Shown: positions 10,486 through 23,529, numbered from the whole stretch's first letter. The stretch is 62,945 bases of DNA, filler included, from Octopus bimaculoides (GCF_001194135.2; 8 parts of 8 records of this genome joined end to end with filler, not necessarily neighbours in it), one strand, 5' to 3'. Numbers and translations: made by a program. Notes: generated by a model not told the origin, from the letters alone.

Positions 10486-11866
10486 AAAAATATATATACA
10501 TAAAAAAGCAGAAATACACACATATATTTGTAGATTAGTCTGAGTAAAATGTCTATGTTTATGTTTGTCAACTAGAAATATGCAACACGTGAGTGTTTGA
10601 ACTTAACAAAAAGCTGGTCTGAGGTGAATTCCTATGACGTACAACGAACTAATGTTTACCGCTCGGTCAAATTCGATTAGTAAATACAACCCTCCTTCCG
10701 ATGCTGTTCTTTAGTATACACTACCAAATGGTAGGTACCAGCCACAACATATTAGTTTACTTATTGTCAAAAGACGGCATCAAATTTATAGAATTTATTT
10801 AAATACATCTGTCATCATGCCTGTTACAACACAGTTGAGACGGCTGAAGACTTACGTTACTTTCTTCATAGTTTTGTGCGAAAATGCACCAATTTCACTC
10901 TACAGTGCTCAGCACACACAAAATTGGAGCTACGGAAAGATATGAGGAGGAATTAATAGCTCTTGTTAGAAGTGTGTCTAAGCAAATCCGTCTTCGGTAG
11001 CACTATAGATATAATCGTTAGAGTACGGGCAAAATGTTTGAGCTATTTGTCCAGGCTCACTTGCTCTTTACTTAAAATCTCCTTGTTGCCAGCTTTGCCT
11101 ATCTTCCTATTATACCAGTGAAATACTGGAGTTGAAATAATTGGCTATCCCCCACCCACCATTCATTTTCAGGACTTATGCCTATTTTAGAAATGACTAT
11201 TAATAATATTTCTATATATATTAAATCAATATATACTCAGAACGCTGGTGAAAACACCGTGTTTCGACCTGATTTAGCCTCCTGGGTGATGAATATCTCA
11301 AATTAGATTGATTTACGTACTTGAAACAGCCTTAAATTAACATATCGTTGAGTATAACATTTATAATGCTTACAGAGACGCGGTTACGGTACTAGCTGCA
11401 ATACTTTGTCTCAGAGAACAACCCAAAGAGATTCATGCGTAAAATGCACAATGCTTACTCAGAACGCGGGTGGATTGCCAGACAAAGCGTTTCGATCTGT
11501 TTTGGTCACTTCAATGAAAAGAATCTCGGACATTCTGAGTTAAGCCGAAAATACTTTTTCTGACAAAACGTTTACTTTTGTGTGCTTATGGATTAATTCG
11601 GTCTAAACAGATACCATATATACCAATCTGTAGTTACACATATTGAGCCAATTATTTATCTATCTATGAAGCTGATCTGAAAATCTAAGCACACCTCTAC
11701 CATAACATATTTCATATAAACTGCAGTATTCGCCTCGAGGAAGCATGCCTTAAAGATGAATAGTATCAAAATCATATATATATANNNNNNNNNNNNNNNN
11801 NNNNNNNNNNNNNNNNNNNNNNNNNNNNNNNNNNNNNNNNNNNNNNNNNNNNNNNNNNNNNNNNNN

Positions 11867-11915
<49 letters not shown>

Positions 11916-12532
11916 CATACATACATATATGCAGCTGGCGAAACTCGTCAAGCTCCGGTGGTGGCATTGCTAACTATGTATCTGCTTTAAGTATGATGCA
12001 CAGATTGCTATTTTGAGCTAATAATGCTCCTGTTCCTAATAACTAGTTCTTATTCCGCCTATCGGTTAATTGCAACATCAGTGATTTTTCAATCACCGTT
12101 TGACTACATCAATAGAGACTGATTTCATCTTAGTACTGGAAGGACAGTGAATACATGCTACCGGCGAAGCTTAAAGAAGCGGAAATACATATCCAACAAT
12201 GTCACAATCACTACTTCACGATGTTTCCCTGCTACTGAAATATTTTGTGCTTTTTTAACACTACACGTCTGTAAGAAAAACTATATCCAGACGAACACCA
12301 CAGTTTATAAAGCTTTCAATAGTCTATCTGCTTTCAGTATTATATACAGATTGCTATTGTGAACCAGATTGTAGTATTGTTCTCAAGAATTATTCGTATC
12401 GACCCCTGAAGAATATAAGGCAAAATCAACACTATAGCTCGATTGGATCCCTGTATACGCAGACAAAACTAAAATTGTTCAGGTTATTTAGTATGTCATC
12501 CAACTATTTCTACCAAAGAAACATTGACCGAA

Positions 12533-12549
12533 CAATAATAATAATAATC

Positions 12550-12605
<56 letters not shown>
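12533..12605. repeat. (TAA)n microsatellite
   Basis: Direct inspection; explains the poly-Leu ORF. Confidence 0.95.
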
Positions 12606-12608
<3 letters not shown>

Positions 12609-12997
12609 AATATTTGTGAAAGTAATAAAATAAATAAGACAAGACTAGAAATAACTCTATATCTCATATAGGGTAGGGATATTAGTTCGTGTAAAAGTCG
12701 ATATATCGTGTGGTGTAATAGGAAACGTATTAAATTAATAAAAACAAACCTTAAACCAAACACTAGCACCATTCAGACCTACCGCAAATAATATCGTATA
12801 TACATACAAGCATAGACACAAACACATACATATACATTCCTACACGCACACGCATTTACATATACAGATTACACTCACAGATACACACATAAATGTAAAT
12901 ATGTATACAGACACACAGACACACACACATATATGTATGTATGTATACATACATTATATATATATATATATATACGCACATGTATGTTTGCGTCTGA

Positions 12998-13029
<32 letters not shown>

Positions 13030-13225
13030 TACATAATTGTTTGTATAAATACATACATGTATATGCTTATATATATATATATGAGTAGCCATTTTTCTCT
13101 TACTCAGAGATATACACATACACACATGCACACTTAGATATACATACATGTATGCACACACGAATATACTCGCAGACGTACATATCTGCATACATACACA
13201 TTCATACTTACAAATATGTCTTCAT

Positions 13226-13269
<44 letters not shown>

Positions 13270-14004
13270 GCTGTATTCTATATACATGTATATGTGTGTG
13301 TGTGTGTGCGTTTACGTGCTTGTATGTGTGTGTGTCTATTTGTACATAACCTCACCGGCATCTACACAGCCACATACGCATACAAGTTCATATGAACAAT
13401 GTTTATGTTATAATCTTGTGTTTATGTATGTTTCTTGTAAGTTTTATGCCTGCACCTTTCACTCTCTCACTCTCTCGCTGCCCCTCTCTTAAATCCCTCT
13501 CTCTCCCTACCCCACTAGTAAATCTCTCTTTTCCTCTCTCTTTCTCTCCCTCACTCTTTATTCTCCTTTTCACATTCTCTCTGCACATTTTGACAGGTAA
13601 CTTCCTTTGGGCTTCATCATGACCTTACTGAATGCTATTAATTATTTTTCATGTGATTGATTTCAAACTAGACTTTCTATGATCAATGTCACCTCCCAAA
13701 AGGTTACTGCTGCTGTTTTTACTATTACTACTGCTGCTGTTGTTGCCGCTGCTGCTGCTGCTGCTGATGTTATATATCGCTGCGGCCTACTCCTAACTCA
13801 ATCAATTTTACTTAAAAGATTTATAGTAATTAGATAACTCATAACTGGACTTATGCTCGGTGGGATCGTAAGCACTTTTAACTAGTTGAGGACTAAATTC
13901 CGTAATTCCGTAATTCCGTAATTCCGTCCGTTTTCGAGTGGTATGCTGCCTGTCAGTTTACTTCGCTGGTGAGATTTAACGACATCAAAACATGTTTAGA
14001 GTTA

Positions 14005-14200
14005 CCCTTTTACTCTTTTACTTGTTTCAGTCATTTGACTGTGGCCATGCTGGAGCACCGCCTTTAGTTGAGCAAATCGACCCCAGGACTTATTCTTTGT
14101 AAGCCTGGTACTTATTCTATCGGTCTCTTTTGCCGAACCGCTAAGTAATGGAGACGTAAACACACCAGCATTGGTTGTCAAGCGATGTTGGGGGGTGGGG
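14005..14200 (-). mobile_element. SINE family A, tail half (head probably hidden in adjacent gap)
   Basis: TTTTACTTGTTTCAGTCATTTGACTGTGGCCATGCTGGAGCACCGCC...GCCGAACCGCTAAG. Confidence 0.85.
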
Positions 14201-14221
14201 GGATCAAACACACACACACAA

Positions 14222-14252
<31 letters not shown>

Positions 14253-14602
14253 NNNNNNNNNNNNNNNNNNNNNNNNNNNNNNNNNNNNNNNNNNNNNNNN
14301 NNNNNNNNNNNNNNNNNNNNNNNNNNNNNNNNNNNNNNNNNNNNNNNNNNNNNNNNNNNNNNNNNNNNNNNNNNNNNNNNNNNNNNNNNNNNNNNNNNNN
14401 NNNNNNNNNNNNNNNNNNNNNNNNNNNNNNNNNNNNNNNNNNNNTGTGTGTGTGTGTGTGTGTGTATTTATAGATTTATACCAAAATTTGGTAAAAATAT
14501 TGTATCTGTTATCAAACGTAGCAAAATTCTCAGAAGTGAGTTTTTGTATGTATATCGATTTAAATAAGCGCTAAAAGATGATCCATTGTAAAAACTTTAT
14601 TA

Positions 14603-14684
14603 TGACCTATGATCATTTCGATGCAATATCCAGATCAAATCATGCATATTATAAAATATGGAATATTGTATCTCCTCAGGGTCA
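14603..14684 (-). ncRNA. Minimal type I hammerhead ribozyme motif (family H2), core intact
   Basis: Minus strand reads UGACC-CUGAGGA-GAUACAAUAUUCC...GGAUAUUGCAUC-GAAA-UGAUC-AUA-GGUCA. Stem I is 5 bp, the CUGANGA and GAAA core is intact, stem II is long, helix III is the palindrome AUGAUCAU, and the predicted cleavage triplet is AUA. Confidence 0.75.
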
Positions 14685-14913
14685 GAACGGTTTTTTTTTT
14701 AGATGTACAGCGTCCCATACTGGTTCGTTATCTAACTTCAGAGGATAACATCATAAATTAGCATCACTTCTCATTTACTCTGTCTTTTAACGGTTTCAAG
14801 ACCGATATGCTATACAGTTTCATTACGTATCATGTCTTTTCAACTTGTTTATTTACATGTAATTCTAGGACAACTATGAATGTTGTCTATTTTTATTGTC
14901 TGCTATGAATTAA

Positions 14914-14999
14914 TATGACCATGAAGAGATACAATATTCCATATTTTATAATATGCATGATTTGATCTGGATATTGCATCGAAATGTTCATAGGTCATA
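14914..14999 (+). ncRNA. Hammerhead ribozyme motif (family H2), inverted second copy, C3-to-A
   Basis: UAUGACC-AUGAAGA-GAU...AUC-GAAA-UGUUC-AUA-GGUCAUA. Stem I is 7 bp; core C3 is changed to A and the palindrome has one substitution. Confidence 0.6.
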
Positions 15000-15056
15000 A
15001 TAAAGTTTTTACAATGGATCATCTTTTAGCTCTTATTTAAATCGATATATATATAT

Positions 15057-15222
15057 ACGACGGGCTTCTTTCAGTTTCCGTCTAACAAATCCACTCACAA
15101 GGCTTTGGTCGACCCGAGGCTATAGTAGAAGACACTTACCCAAGGTGCTACACAGTGGGACTGAACCCGGAACCATGTGGTTGGTAAGCAAGCTACTTAC
15201 CACACAGCCACTCCTACGCCTA
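15057..15222 (-). mobile_element. SINE family A, head half
   Basis: Close match to the family A head. Confidence 0.88.
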
Positions 15223-15262
15223 TGATCTATGTCAAAGATCTAACTCACTTCTTGCTTTATTT

Positions 15263-15355
15263 TGTAGAGCACTGCCGAAGGACTTATGCTTATGTTATAT
15301 GTAGGGCACTGCCCAAGGGCTTATGCTATATGTAGGGCACTGCCAAAGGACATAT
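15263..15355. repeat. Three imperfect ~31-37-bp tandem units (GTAGGGCACTGCCCAAGGGCTTATGCTATAT)
   Basis: Direct inspection. Confidence 0.8.
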
Positions 15356-15577
15356 ATTTCCATAATTTGAATGACGTTATTATCACCTTTCTTGGACAAA
15401 ACTAATCATTCAAAGAAGGATTACCTCCCCTCATTACGCGTATAATTTTAGTTAATTAATGAATTTCTGGGCTCCTTACCATAAGAACATCGCGGTTGGA
15501 ACGCATTTTATCTGAGTTAACCAGAGATTAAGCATCTACAAAATCCTCATTACCGTCACCCCCACCACAACCACTAT

Positions 15578-15625
15578 CCTCCTCCTCCTCCTCCTCCTCA
15601 TCATCATCATCATCATCACCACCAC

Positions 15626-15681
<56 letters not shown>

Positions 15682-15688
15682 CCACCAC

Positions 15689-15747
<59 letters not shown>

Positions 15748-15748
15748 C
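15578..15748. repeat. Compound (CCT)n/(CAT)n microsatellite
   Basis: Direct inspection; produces the spurious poly-D and poly-M ORFs. Confidence 0.95.
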
Positions 15749-15937
15749 CAACAGCCCCAGTCTTATCGCCAATGAGACAGAGTCGAGGAGGTTCTTCATG
15801 CAATCTCTACTACAACACATTCAGTTTATGCTTTGCAAGGATTTTGTCCACAAGGCAACTTCAAGGTTTAGCACTGTACAACCAATAAAACATTTATCAG
15901 TTATACAATGTTCCCATCACTGACAGCAATGAATTGC

Positions 15938-16011
<74 letters not shown>

Positions 16012-16619
16012 GATTTTAGCCCCAGACAAATAATCACGTTCAAAAAGCTTTGCATCACTAGCTTCTATTTCTGGTAACAGTCTATGCCACAAGACAGCTG
16101 TTGTTGTTGTTTCTGTCGCAACTACTAATGTACTGCATGTTCCCTCGTTCTTTCATTATTTTCTTTTTTCTGATATGCTTTACGTTGAGTAACGTAAATC
16201 AAAAGATAAAGACATTATTTTAGAAATTAGTTGTTTTCAAATAAACAACCATGCTTTTCAACAGATAGAATAAACATGATGGAGATTTATCAGATAAGAA
16301 AAGCCAGCGGAGCAAAGATTGTACAAAGGGTTGCGCTGACACTGTTGGTGGTTGCAGATACGTGACGGTGGTCATGGCGATATGGGTGGCTGATGGTGAT
16401 GGTGCTGATGGCGATTTTAATGATAGCTGTAGTTGTTTTATGGATGAATGACGTACATAACTTGCTTGTGTGTAAAGGTCTCTTAACCAAATTAATTGGA
16501 TTCTTTATTTAGTATATTTATAAATTGTATTTTCTCGTTTATCAAATTGTGTTATCGTTATCATTAAAACGTCAAAGCACAGTGGAGTGGTAGAATCGGG
16601 AAAGAGTCAGACAAAAAGA

Positions 16620-17090
16620 GGAAACCTCTACGAGGTCGCTTGATCTGCTAGAAGTAGAGGATAATTCTCATTCAGCTCAAACCACAAGCTACCGTCTTAC
16701 GGAAGAACACATTGAATAAAGTCATCTTAGATAAAAAAAAGAAAGAAAGAAGGAAAAGCAAAGTTACCTACTAAGAGCCGGTTTCCCGGTTTCATGGCGT
16801 ATATATTGATGCCGGTCCGTCGCAAGACTACTCATTTTCGCCAGCTGAGAAGACTGGAGCAAATTGAAATGAAATTGCTCAAGAGCACAATACGTTGCCC
16901 AGTTCAGGAATCGAAACCATAGTCTTACGATCATTAGTCCAACACCCTAACCACTAACCCAGGCGCCTCCACTAACTGATACGCCTTTACTAGATACACT
17001 TTATCTGAAAAAAAAAAATGGAATGGTCATGACTGGAATACTTTTTGATTCTAGGTCTGCATCACCAGAATTAACCTGAAGATTAAGTGA
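16620..17090 (+). mobile_element. Interspersed repeat family D (GGTCxCTTGAxCTGCTAGAA...GGATGGTCATGxCTGGAAT) interrupted by a SINE C copy
   Basis: Pieces of the same repeat recur near 22820, 51170, 54050 and 61820-61965. Confidence 0.6.
16770..16972 (-). mobile_element. SINE family C
   Basis: Minus strand GGAGGCGCCTGGGTTAGTGGTTAGGGTGTTGGAC...GGTTTCGATTCC, then core TTGTGCTCTTGAGCAA...TTGCTCCAGTCTTCTCAGCTGGCGAAAATGAGTA. Confidence 0.8.
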
Positions 17091-17439
17091 CTTTATCTAT
17101 TCGTGCTATTTAGTTTTGTCTTTTTAGGTTTTGGGTTCAAATATTGTCAAATTAAACAATGCTTACCTTTAGCCAGCCTTGCTGTCATCCTTTTGGGGGG
17201 AGGCGGTCAATGAAATAAAGTACTAGTCGATGTAATTAAAAGATCCGACCCAACAAAATTGTGATACCGTGGCTATATTAACAATACATGCGTGCATATA
17301 ATATTCATTTATATATTTTGCGTTATTAAAAAAAAAAGAAAAAAATTCACGCGATTCCATATATCATGCAATGTCTGCGAAAATCCATTTGTTTTTATAC
17401 AACCCTATTTTATCGATTTTCTCACATTTAACGCACATA

Positions 17440-18450
17440 TATATTGCGTGCAAGACTGAAGCTCTCCGTCAACTTAAAGAGACCTTCTATTGCCCTCTGT
17501 CCTCCACCTAGCTACAACAGACTGTGTCCTCCACCATTCATGACCTCATTTCCTCCTCCCGTCTCCCTGTCACTGCCTCCAACCTCATTGTCCGTACCCC
17601 ACATACCCCTACTATTTACTTCCTTCCCAAAATCCACAACCCCAACAACTCCATCGTCTCCACTTGCATCTGCCTCACCGATATGATCTCCAAGTATCTC
17701 GTCCGTGTTCTTGTTCCCCTAGTGGCTTCCCTCCCCTCACACATTTACAACTTCAATCATGCTCTCCGTCTGTTTAACTCTTACTCCTTCCCTCCTGGCC
17801 CCTCTCAGTTTCTGTTCACACTCGACATTAAACCTTTGTACACGATAGTCCCGCACAACGACGGCCTTGTTGCACTAAATCACTTCAGTGACCTTCGGCC
17901 AGACCCTCAGCCTGATACCTCCACACCTCATTGTTTGGCCGAACTTGTCCTCTCCCTCAACTGCTTCTCGTTCGCGGGGGGAGTTTTACCAACATATTCT
18001 CGGGAATGGCCATGGGAATGAGAATGGGCCCCAAATATACGAACCTGTTCTTAGGCTATATTGAGACACAAATATCCTTGCAGTTCACTGAGCTACATGG
18101 TCGTTATATCGATGACTGTATCGGTACGATGTCACTCTCCTGTGACAACTTGGCTCCTTCTTCTCTCGTGTCCAATCCTTCCATCCTGTCGTCGAATTCT
18201 CCTGCACTGTCTCTAACTCCTCTGTCGAATTTCTCGACATATCTGGCAGCATACACAACTCCGCTATCACCACTTCCACTCACTACAAACACACAAACTC
18301 ACACTCCTACCTTAACTTCTCCTCCTCCCACACTACACACACCAAGCTCTCCATCCCCTACTCTCAATTCCTCCGTTTACGCCGGTTCTGCAGTGATAAC
18401 CATGACTTTGAGACCCAGTATCAACTCATAACTCCCCACTTCACCCTATG
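17440..18450 (+). mobile_element. Decayed Penelope-like element, reverse transcriptase fragment
   Basis: Frameshifted translation gives YFLPKIH, FLFTLDIKPLYTIVPHNDGL, ELVLSLNCFSF, GMAMGMRMGPKYTNLFLG and RYIDDCIG, which are PLE RT motifs. Confidence 0.9.
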
Positions 18451-18516
18451 TGGATATCACCTCACCATTATCCAACACAAGTTCTCAAGTACTAAGAGAC
18501 AAACAAAAAAACAAAG

Positions 18517-18558
<42 letters not shown>

Positions 18559-18844
18559 ACAATGAGTTTCCACACAGTTTTCGCCTACGAAATTCATTTA
18601 TAAGACAATGGTTGTCCAGGAGCTATAGTAAAAAAAAAAATGTCGAGGATGCTGCGCTGTGTGATTGAACCTGAAACCACGTGGTCGCAAAGAGTGCTTC
18701 TTAACTACACATCCAACGACTATGCATAAATGTAGTATTAGTGGGTATGTATGAGTAACTGTGTGGTTGGATTTATAGGCATAGAAACAATTTCGAAAAT
18801 GTTAGAAAATTCAAAAACCACCGAAGAAATAAGTAACATTCAAA

Positions 18845-19258
18845 TATTCTTTTTTACTCTAGGCACAAGGCCCGAAATTTTTAGATTGGATCCAGTACGC
18901 AACTGGTACTTAATTTATCCACCCCGAAAAGATAAAAGGCAGAGTCGACCTCGGCGGAATTTGAACTCAAAACGTAGCGGCAGACGAAATACCGCTAAGC
19001 ATTTCGCCGGGCGTACTAACGTTTCTTATTTCTTCACTGCGCACAAGGGGTTACACACAGAGGGGACAAACAAGGACAAACAAACGGATTAAGTCGATTA
19101 CATCGACTCCTGTGCGTAGCTGGTACTTAATTTATCGACCCTGAAAGGATGAACGGCAAAGTCGACCTCGGCGGAATTTGAACTCAGAACGTAAAGACAG
19201 GCGAAATACTGCTAAGCATTTCGCCCGGTGTGCTAACGTTTCTGCCAGCTCGCTGCCT
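18845..19258 (-). mobile_element. Two abutting or nested SINE family B copies with different tails
   Basis: The core TGGTACTTAATTTATC...AAAGTCGACCTCGGCGGAATTTGAACTC occurs twice. Tail 1 is AGGCACAAGGCCCGAAAT and tail 2 is CACAAGGGGTTACACACAGAGGGGACAAAC. Confidence 0.88.
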
Positions 19259-19951
19259 TAATAACGTTCAAATATTGAGCAATATGAACAGACACCGTAG
19301 AAGTTCGTTCCAACACACACACGCGCGCGCGCGCGCAATACACGCACATTACCAAACAAAAAAAATGCAAAGCTTCATGGTTGCACTCAGGAACACAAAC
19401 AACAACACACATGGAGCATGTTTCAAAATCACATTCAATAAGACCTCCCTAGTTATATTGACACACATACACATACAGAACCTCAAAGTTTACACAGAAT
19501 AACGATATCGTGTTTTCTAGTACAAAAGTCGATGCAGTATATAGTTATCTTTCCAAATCCTGCCTTATTTCACTTGGAATTTTCGTTCCTACAAAGTCAT
19601 TTTCGTTTATAAGTCAATCTACCGATATCAGCTGTAAATCTTGGTCTCAAAAGTTCAACTTGATTGCAGAAAAGTATGGCATGAACCAAGGAAAACCTCA
19701 TAGAAATCAGTTTGTGATAGAGAGACAAGGTTGCAGACTGACTAAGCAGCTGAGTAACAAATCAAACAATTCATGAAACAAATGATTAATTCATTTGTTA
19801 AAATGCTAACTTGGTAATAATAAAAGGAAATGAAATGTAACCAGTGCATGTTGTTATTCGCACAATGACCCTCCCATAGTACAGTAATATCTTTTTAACA
19901 CACGATTTCACATCAAGAATTTGGCGAAGCTATTAGAAAAACGAAATACAC

Positions 19952-20003
<52 letters not shown>

Positions 20004-20782
20004 GCATATAGACGGTAACTACACATACACACGCACTTATTTGTGTGTATAAATATGTGTGTGTGAATGCATGGTGTGTGTGTGTATATATGTGTATAGG
20101 TAAGTATGTACGCACACATACACACGCAAGCATACACACGAACACGTATATATAAGGACAAAAGCAATTCAAGTGTTAGTTTTCATATAAGTTCAAAATA
20201 GCAGTTTCCGATACAATTACAAACGGTCAGTAGACAGATTCTACATACATACAAAATTACACGCAAACATATATATGCATGGTTATACACACACACACAC
20301 ACACACACAGATACACACACACACATCTGTGTGTGTTTGTGCGAGTGTATGTGCCTGTGTGCGCACGCGTGTAGGTAATGTAAGAGTTATAAAGTTTATT
20401 AAAATATATTTTAGCAAGTGCAAACATTATCTTATATAGAACTGAATACATCGGATAGAGTGGATAAATGTATTCATTTTATCAAAAGGTGACGTGAAGG
20501 GACGTGGTGGTGGTGGTAACTCAAAAAAGATTGTCAAATATTGATATCGTACATACATATATGTATATGCACTAGTATATATATATGTGTGTGTGTGTAT
20601 GTATATGTGTGTATATATATATGTGTGTGTATGTATGTGTGTGTGTGTATATATATATATATGTATATGTGTATATTGTGGCACTCCGTCGACGCCGAGG
20701 GTTCTAATTTGATCCGATCAATATATATGTTTTATATCTAATAATAATAATAATAACGACAACTTACTGATTGTCCTAAACA

Positions 20783-20835
<53 letters not shown>

Positions 20836-20935
20836 NNNNNNNNNNNNNNNNNNNNNNNNNNNNNNNNNNNNNNNNNNNNTTAATTAATTAANNNNNNNNN
20901 NNNNNNNNNNNNNNNNNNNNNNNNNNNNNNNNNNN
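20836..20935. other. Artificial scaffolding linker
   Basis: 44 N + TTAATTAATTAA (20880-20891) + 44 N. Confidence 0.95.
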
Positions 20936-21522
20936 TATATATGTATAGCGCAGCCTTGGCTGGTAAGAAGCTTGCTTCCGACTACATGGTTCAGGGTTCA
21001 GTCCCGCTGTGTGGCACTTAAGTGAGTAGTCCCTATATCAGATTACCTAGCTACAATGACCTCTAGATTTGTTAAATCTGATCAAGTTTCACTACAAAGA
21101 GCTGTCAACGATAAGTACCAAATAAAGCATCGAACTGCATTCTATTTTTCTAAATTAACATGTGTGAGTTTTTAAGAGGGGTTTTTCACAAATGTGAAAA
21201 GTGTCTAGGTGTAGGAACGCGGTTCCTAATTTGAGACACCTCTGTCCTTATATTGGGCATACACAATTATACAGGAGGATTAATAACAGTTAACAGTCAA
21301 CAATCAAATCACAAATAAGATTAACGTAAAATGAAAAATATAATTTTATTGAGATACTTTATCAGTCTTGCTAGAAATCTCAGGAAATAGAAAATGAAAA
21401 CCATGTATTAATTATATGCCGACATATAGAAATATTAGAAAACGTGAATAGTAACTTTGAACACTAGGCCCGAATTAAATATGTTGTCTTATTACTAATA
21501 TTCAGGTCAAAACAACAGGTGT

Positions 21523-22130
21523 TTACAAACACATATCACACGCTTGATCTGCACATTTGTTGTGCTCCCATCAGCTGCAACTAACGCATTGTACTATGTT
21601 TCCTTGAATGTCTTACCACAAATGAAACAAAACCAACTATCCACGTCATTTTGTTTGGTCGTGGTAGACTTTCATTCGGTTTGTCTGCAAGTCTTTTTTC
21701 CACCTTTCATATCTTGTAGCTTTTTCTCGTATGGGCTTGATGTCATGAGCTCCGATCGCTGGCAACGGCGTTTCCTTTTGGTGATTGGGTGATTTTCTTG
21801 GTAATGTCATGTCTTCTGTAACGATTCTCTGGGACTTGGCAGAATGTTTCCTTGGAAATCTGGTGCTGACTGGCTGTGAAACCATAGCAGATTCGTTCCC
21901 AGAGTCACTGCCGTTGTTTTGAGCACTTCCTTGAACTTCTGTGGTGTCAGAATTGTTCTGAAAGAATAGCATTGTAGTGCCCGATATAAACTGTAGATAC
22001 ATGCATCCATGTAAATATAAAAAGTAAAGTTCCTTACCGAGTCATATACTGTATGACCCTTTCCTCAACCTGCTACTACCTTTCTCTTCCTCTCATTCAC
22101 ATTATCAAAACCGGCTAGCTGCTACCACGA
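21523..22130 (-). pseudogene. Decayed ORF ending in a PHD (C4HC3) finger; probably the C-terminal part of a DNA transposase (pogo/DDE_1-like)
   Basis: After ORF 21646-22002, with frameshifts: DVDSWFCFICGKTFKE / IVQCVSCS*WEHNKCADQACDMCL*, giving C-x2-C, C-x2-C-x4-H-x2-C and C-x2-C. Preceded by a low-complexity and basic linker. Possible 80-nt GT-AG intron at 22037-21958. The PHD motif is directly visible; the transposase assignment is inference. Confidence 0.6.
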
Positions 22131-22195
22131 TAAGGTATACTCCCTATATTGAGCAAGGTGGCTCATGTTAGAAAGGGAACTCAACAATAGAAACA

Positions 22196-22566
22196 TCGCC
22201 GGGCATGACTGAATGATAAGAAGCTTGCTTTCCAACCGCATAGTTCCTGGTTCATTTCCAGTGCGTGGCACCTTGGGCAGGTTTCTTCTACGATAGCTTC
22301 ACGCCAACAAAGGCCTTGTGAGTGGATTTGGAAGACGTAAATATATGTGTGTGTGTCTGTTTGTGTTTGTCTCCGAGTACCGCTTGACAACCTGTGTTGG
22401 TGTGTTTACGTTCCCGTAACTTAGAGGTTCAGCAAAAAAGTCCCATAGAATAAGTACCAGGCTTAATAAAAAATAAGTATTGGGGTTGATTCATTTGACT
22501 GAAAATTCTACGAAACAGTGCCCCAACATGGTCGCAGTCTAGTGACTGAAACAAGTAAAAGATAAA
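22196..22566 (+). mobile_element. SINE family A, full length, diverged
   Basis: Head, internal (TG)-rich linker and tail all present. Confidence 0.85.
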
Positions 22567-23529
22567 AATAAATATCAAAGGTTGGCTGCAACCCTGCAAC
22601 CCATCCAGGAGAAATGCGATGACCGTCCAATCCATGAAAGGACACTATTTCGATATAAATACAGTTTTGTTGTGTCTTGGGAGAATCATTACGCCAATAT
22701 TACTACCACACGCCGAAGATGGAGAGCTGGAAGAAACGTTAGCACAGATTTGATTCTCGCAAGCCTTTTGAATTTACTTTAATAATGTTAAGGGAAATAG
22801 ATTAAATGAAGGAGACCATTATATGCCAGCTAGACCAGCAAGAAATAGCAGCTACATTTATCTAAAAATAACACCCTACAGTCTGAATGTGTTTGTATGT
22901 ATGCATAATTGTATGTATATACACAAATATACGTAGATGAATAGGTCCATATAGATATATTTAGCATAATTAAGGTCTGGTATACTAAAACAATTAGAAT
23001 ATGTGTAATTTAATTACAGTTTTTTAATCAAGCCACGCGCGCACTCACACATACTTGTGCGCACGCACGCAAACACGCACATACATATACAAATTGTATA
23101 TATTCGTATACATATACAATATGCACACCTACATTCACAATGCTTGTATGTATACACGTGTACATGCTTTAAAGGAAACTCCTTCAGACGAAATATCGCA
23201 GCTACTAGCGTTCAACAATGCATATGTGATATTGATAAGGTTTACATTACTGAGCTGCTTCTAAAAAAAAATTTGAATTGTGTTGTACTTGGGCGGCGCC
23301 TTTTCATATCAGAGCATATACTTTACGCTACCTGTTTATATACTTCCAGCTGCTTACTAGCGAACCAAAAAATTGCAAAACATTTATAAAAATCGTTCTC
23401 GTTTACTCCCGAGGTGATTGCATTTCGCCTAACTTTTGGATATACTATTTATTTCAACAATATCTCTTTAAAGGGACTCCCTTAGACGAAATAGTATAGC
23501 TACAAACTTTTAGCGTCACATATTTGGTA

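Larger units (their letters stand above)
14551..15049. repeat. Inverted repeat, ~133-bp arms (14551-14683 and 14917-15049), divergent orientation
   Basis: Arms are near-perfect reverse complements with a few substitutions; spacer about 233 bp. Confidence 0.92.

Noticed and set aside
13897-13928. (AATTCCGT)4 as a CR1-type octamer tail
   Set aside because: No LINE body is recognisable on either side.
15528-15820. Poly-Asp/Glu and poly-Met ORFs
   Set aside because: Translations of a (CAT)n/(CCT)n microsatellite, with no splice or codon evidence.
21646-22002. Stand-alone 118-aa protein-coding gene
   Set aside because: The N-terminal part overlaps a probable intron and the reading continues by frameshift into a stop-interrupted PHD finger, so it is treated as a relic.
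23170-23520. Possible 150-bp tandem period
   Set aside because: Only a ~45-bp similarity between 23170 and 23469 is convincing; the middle unit does not align.
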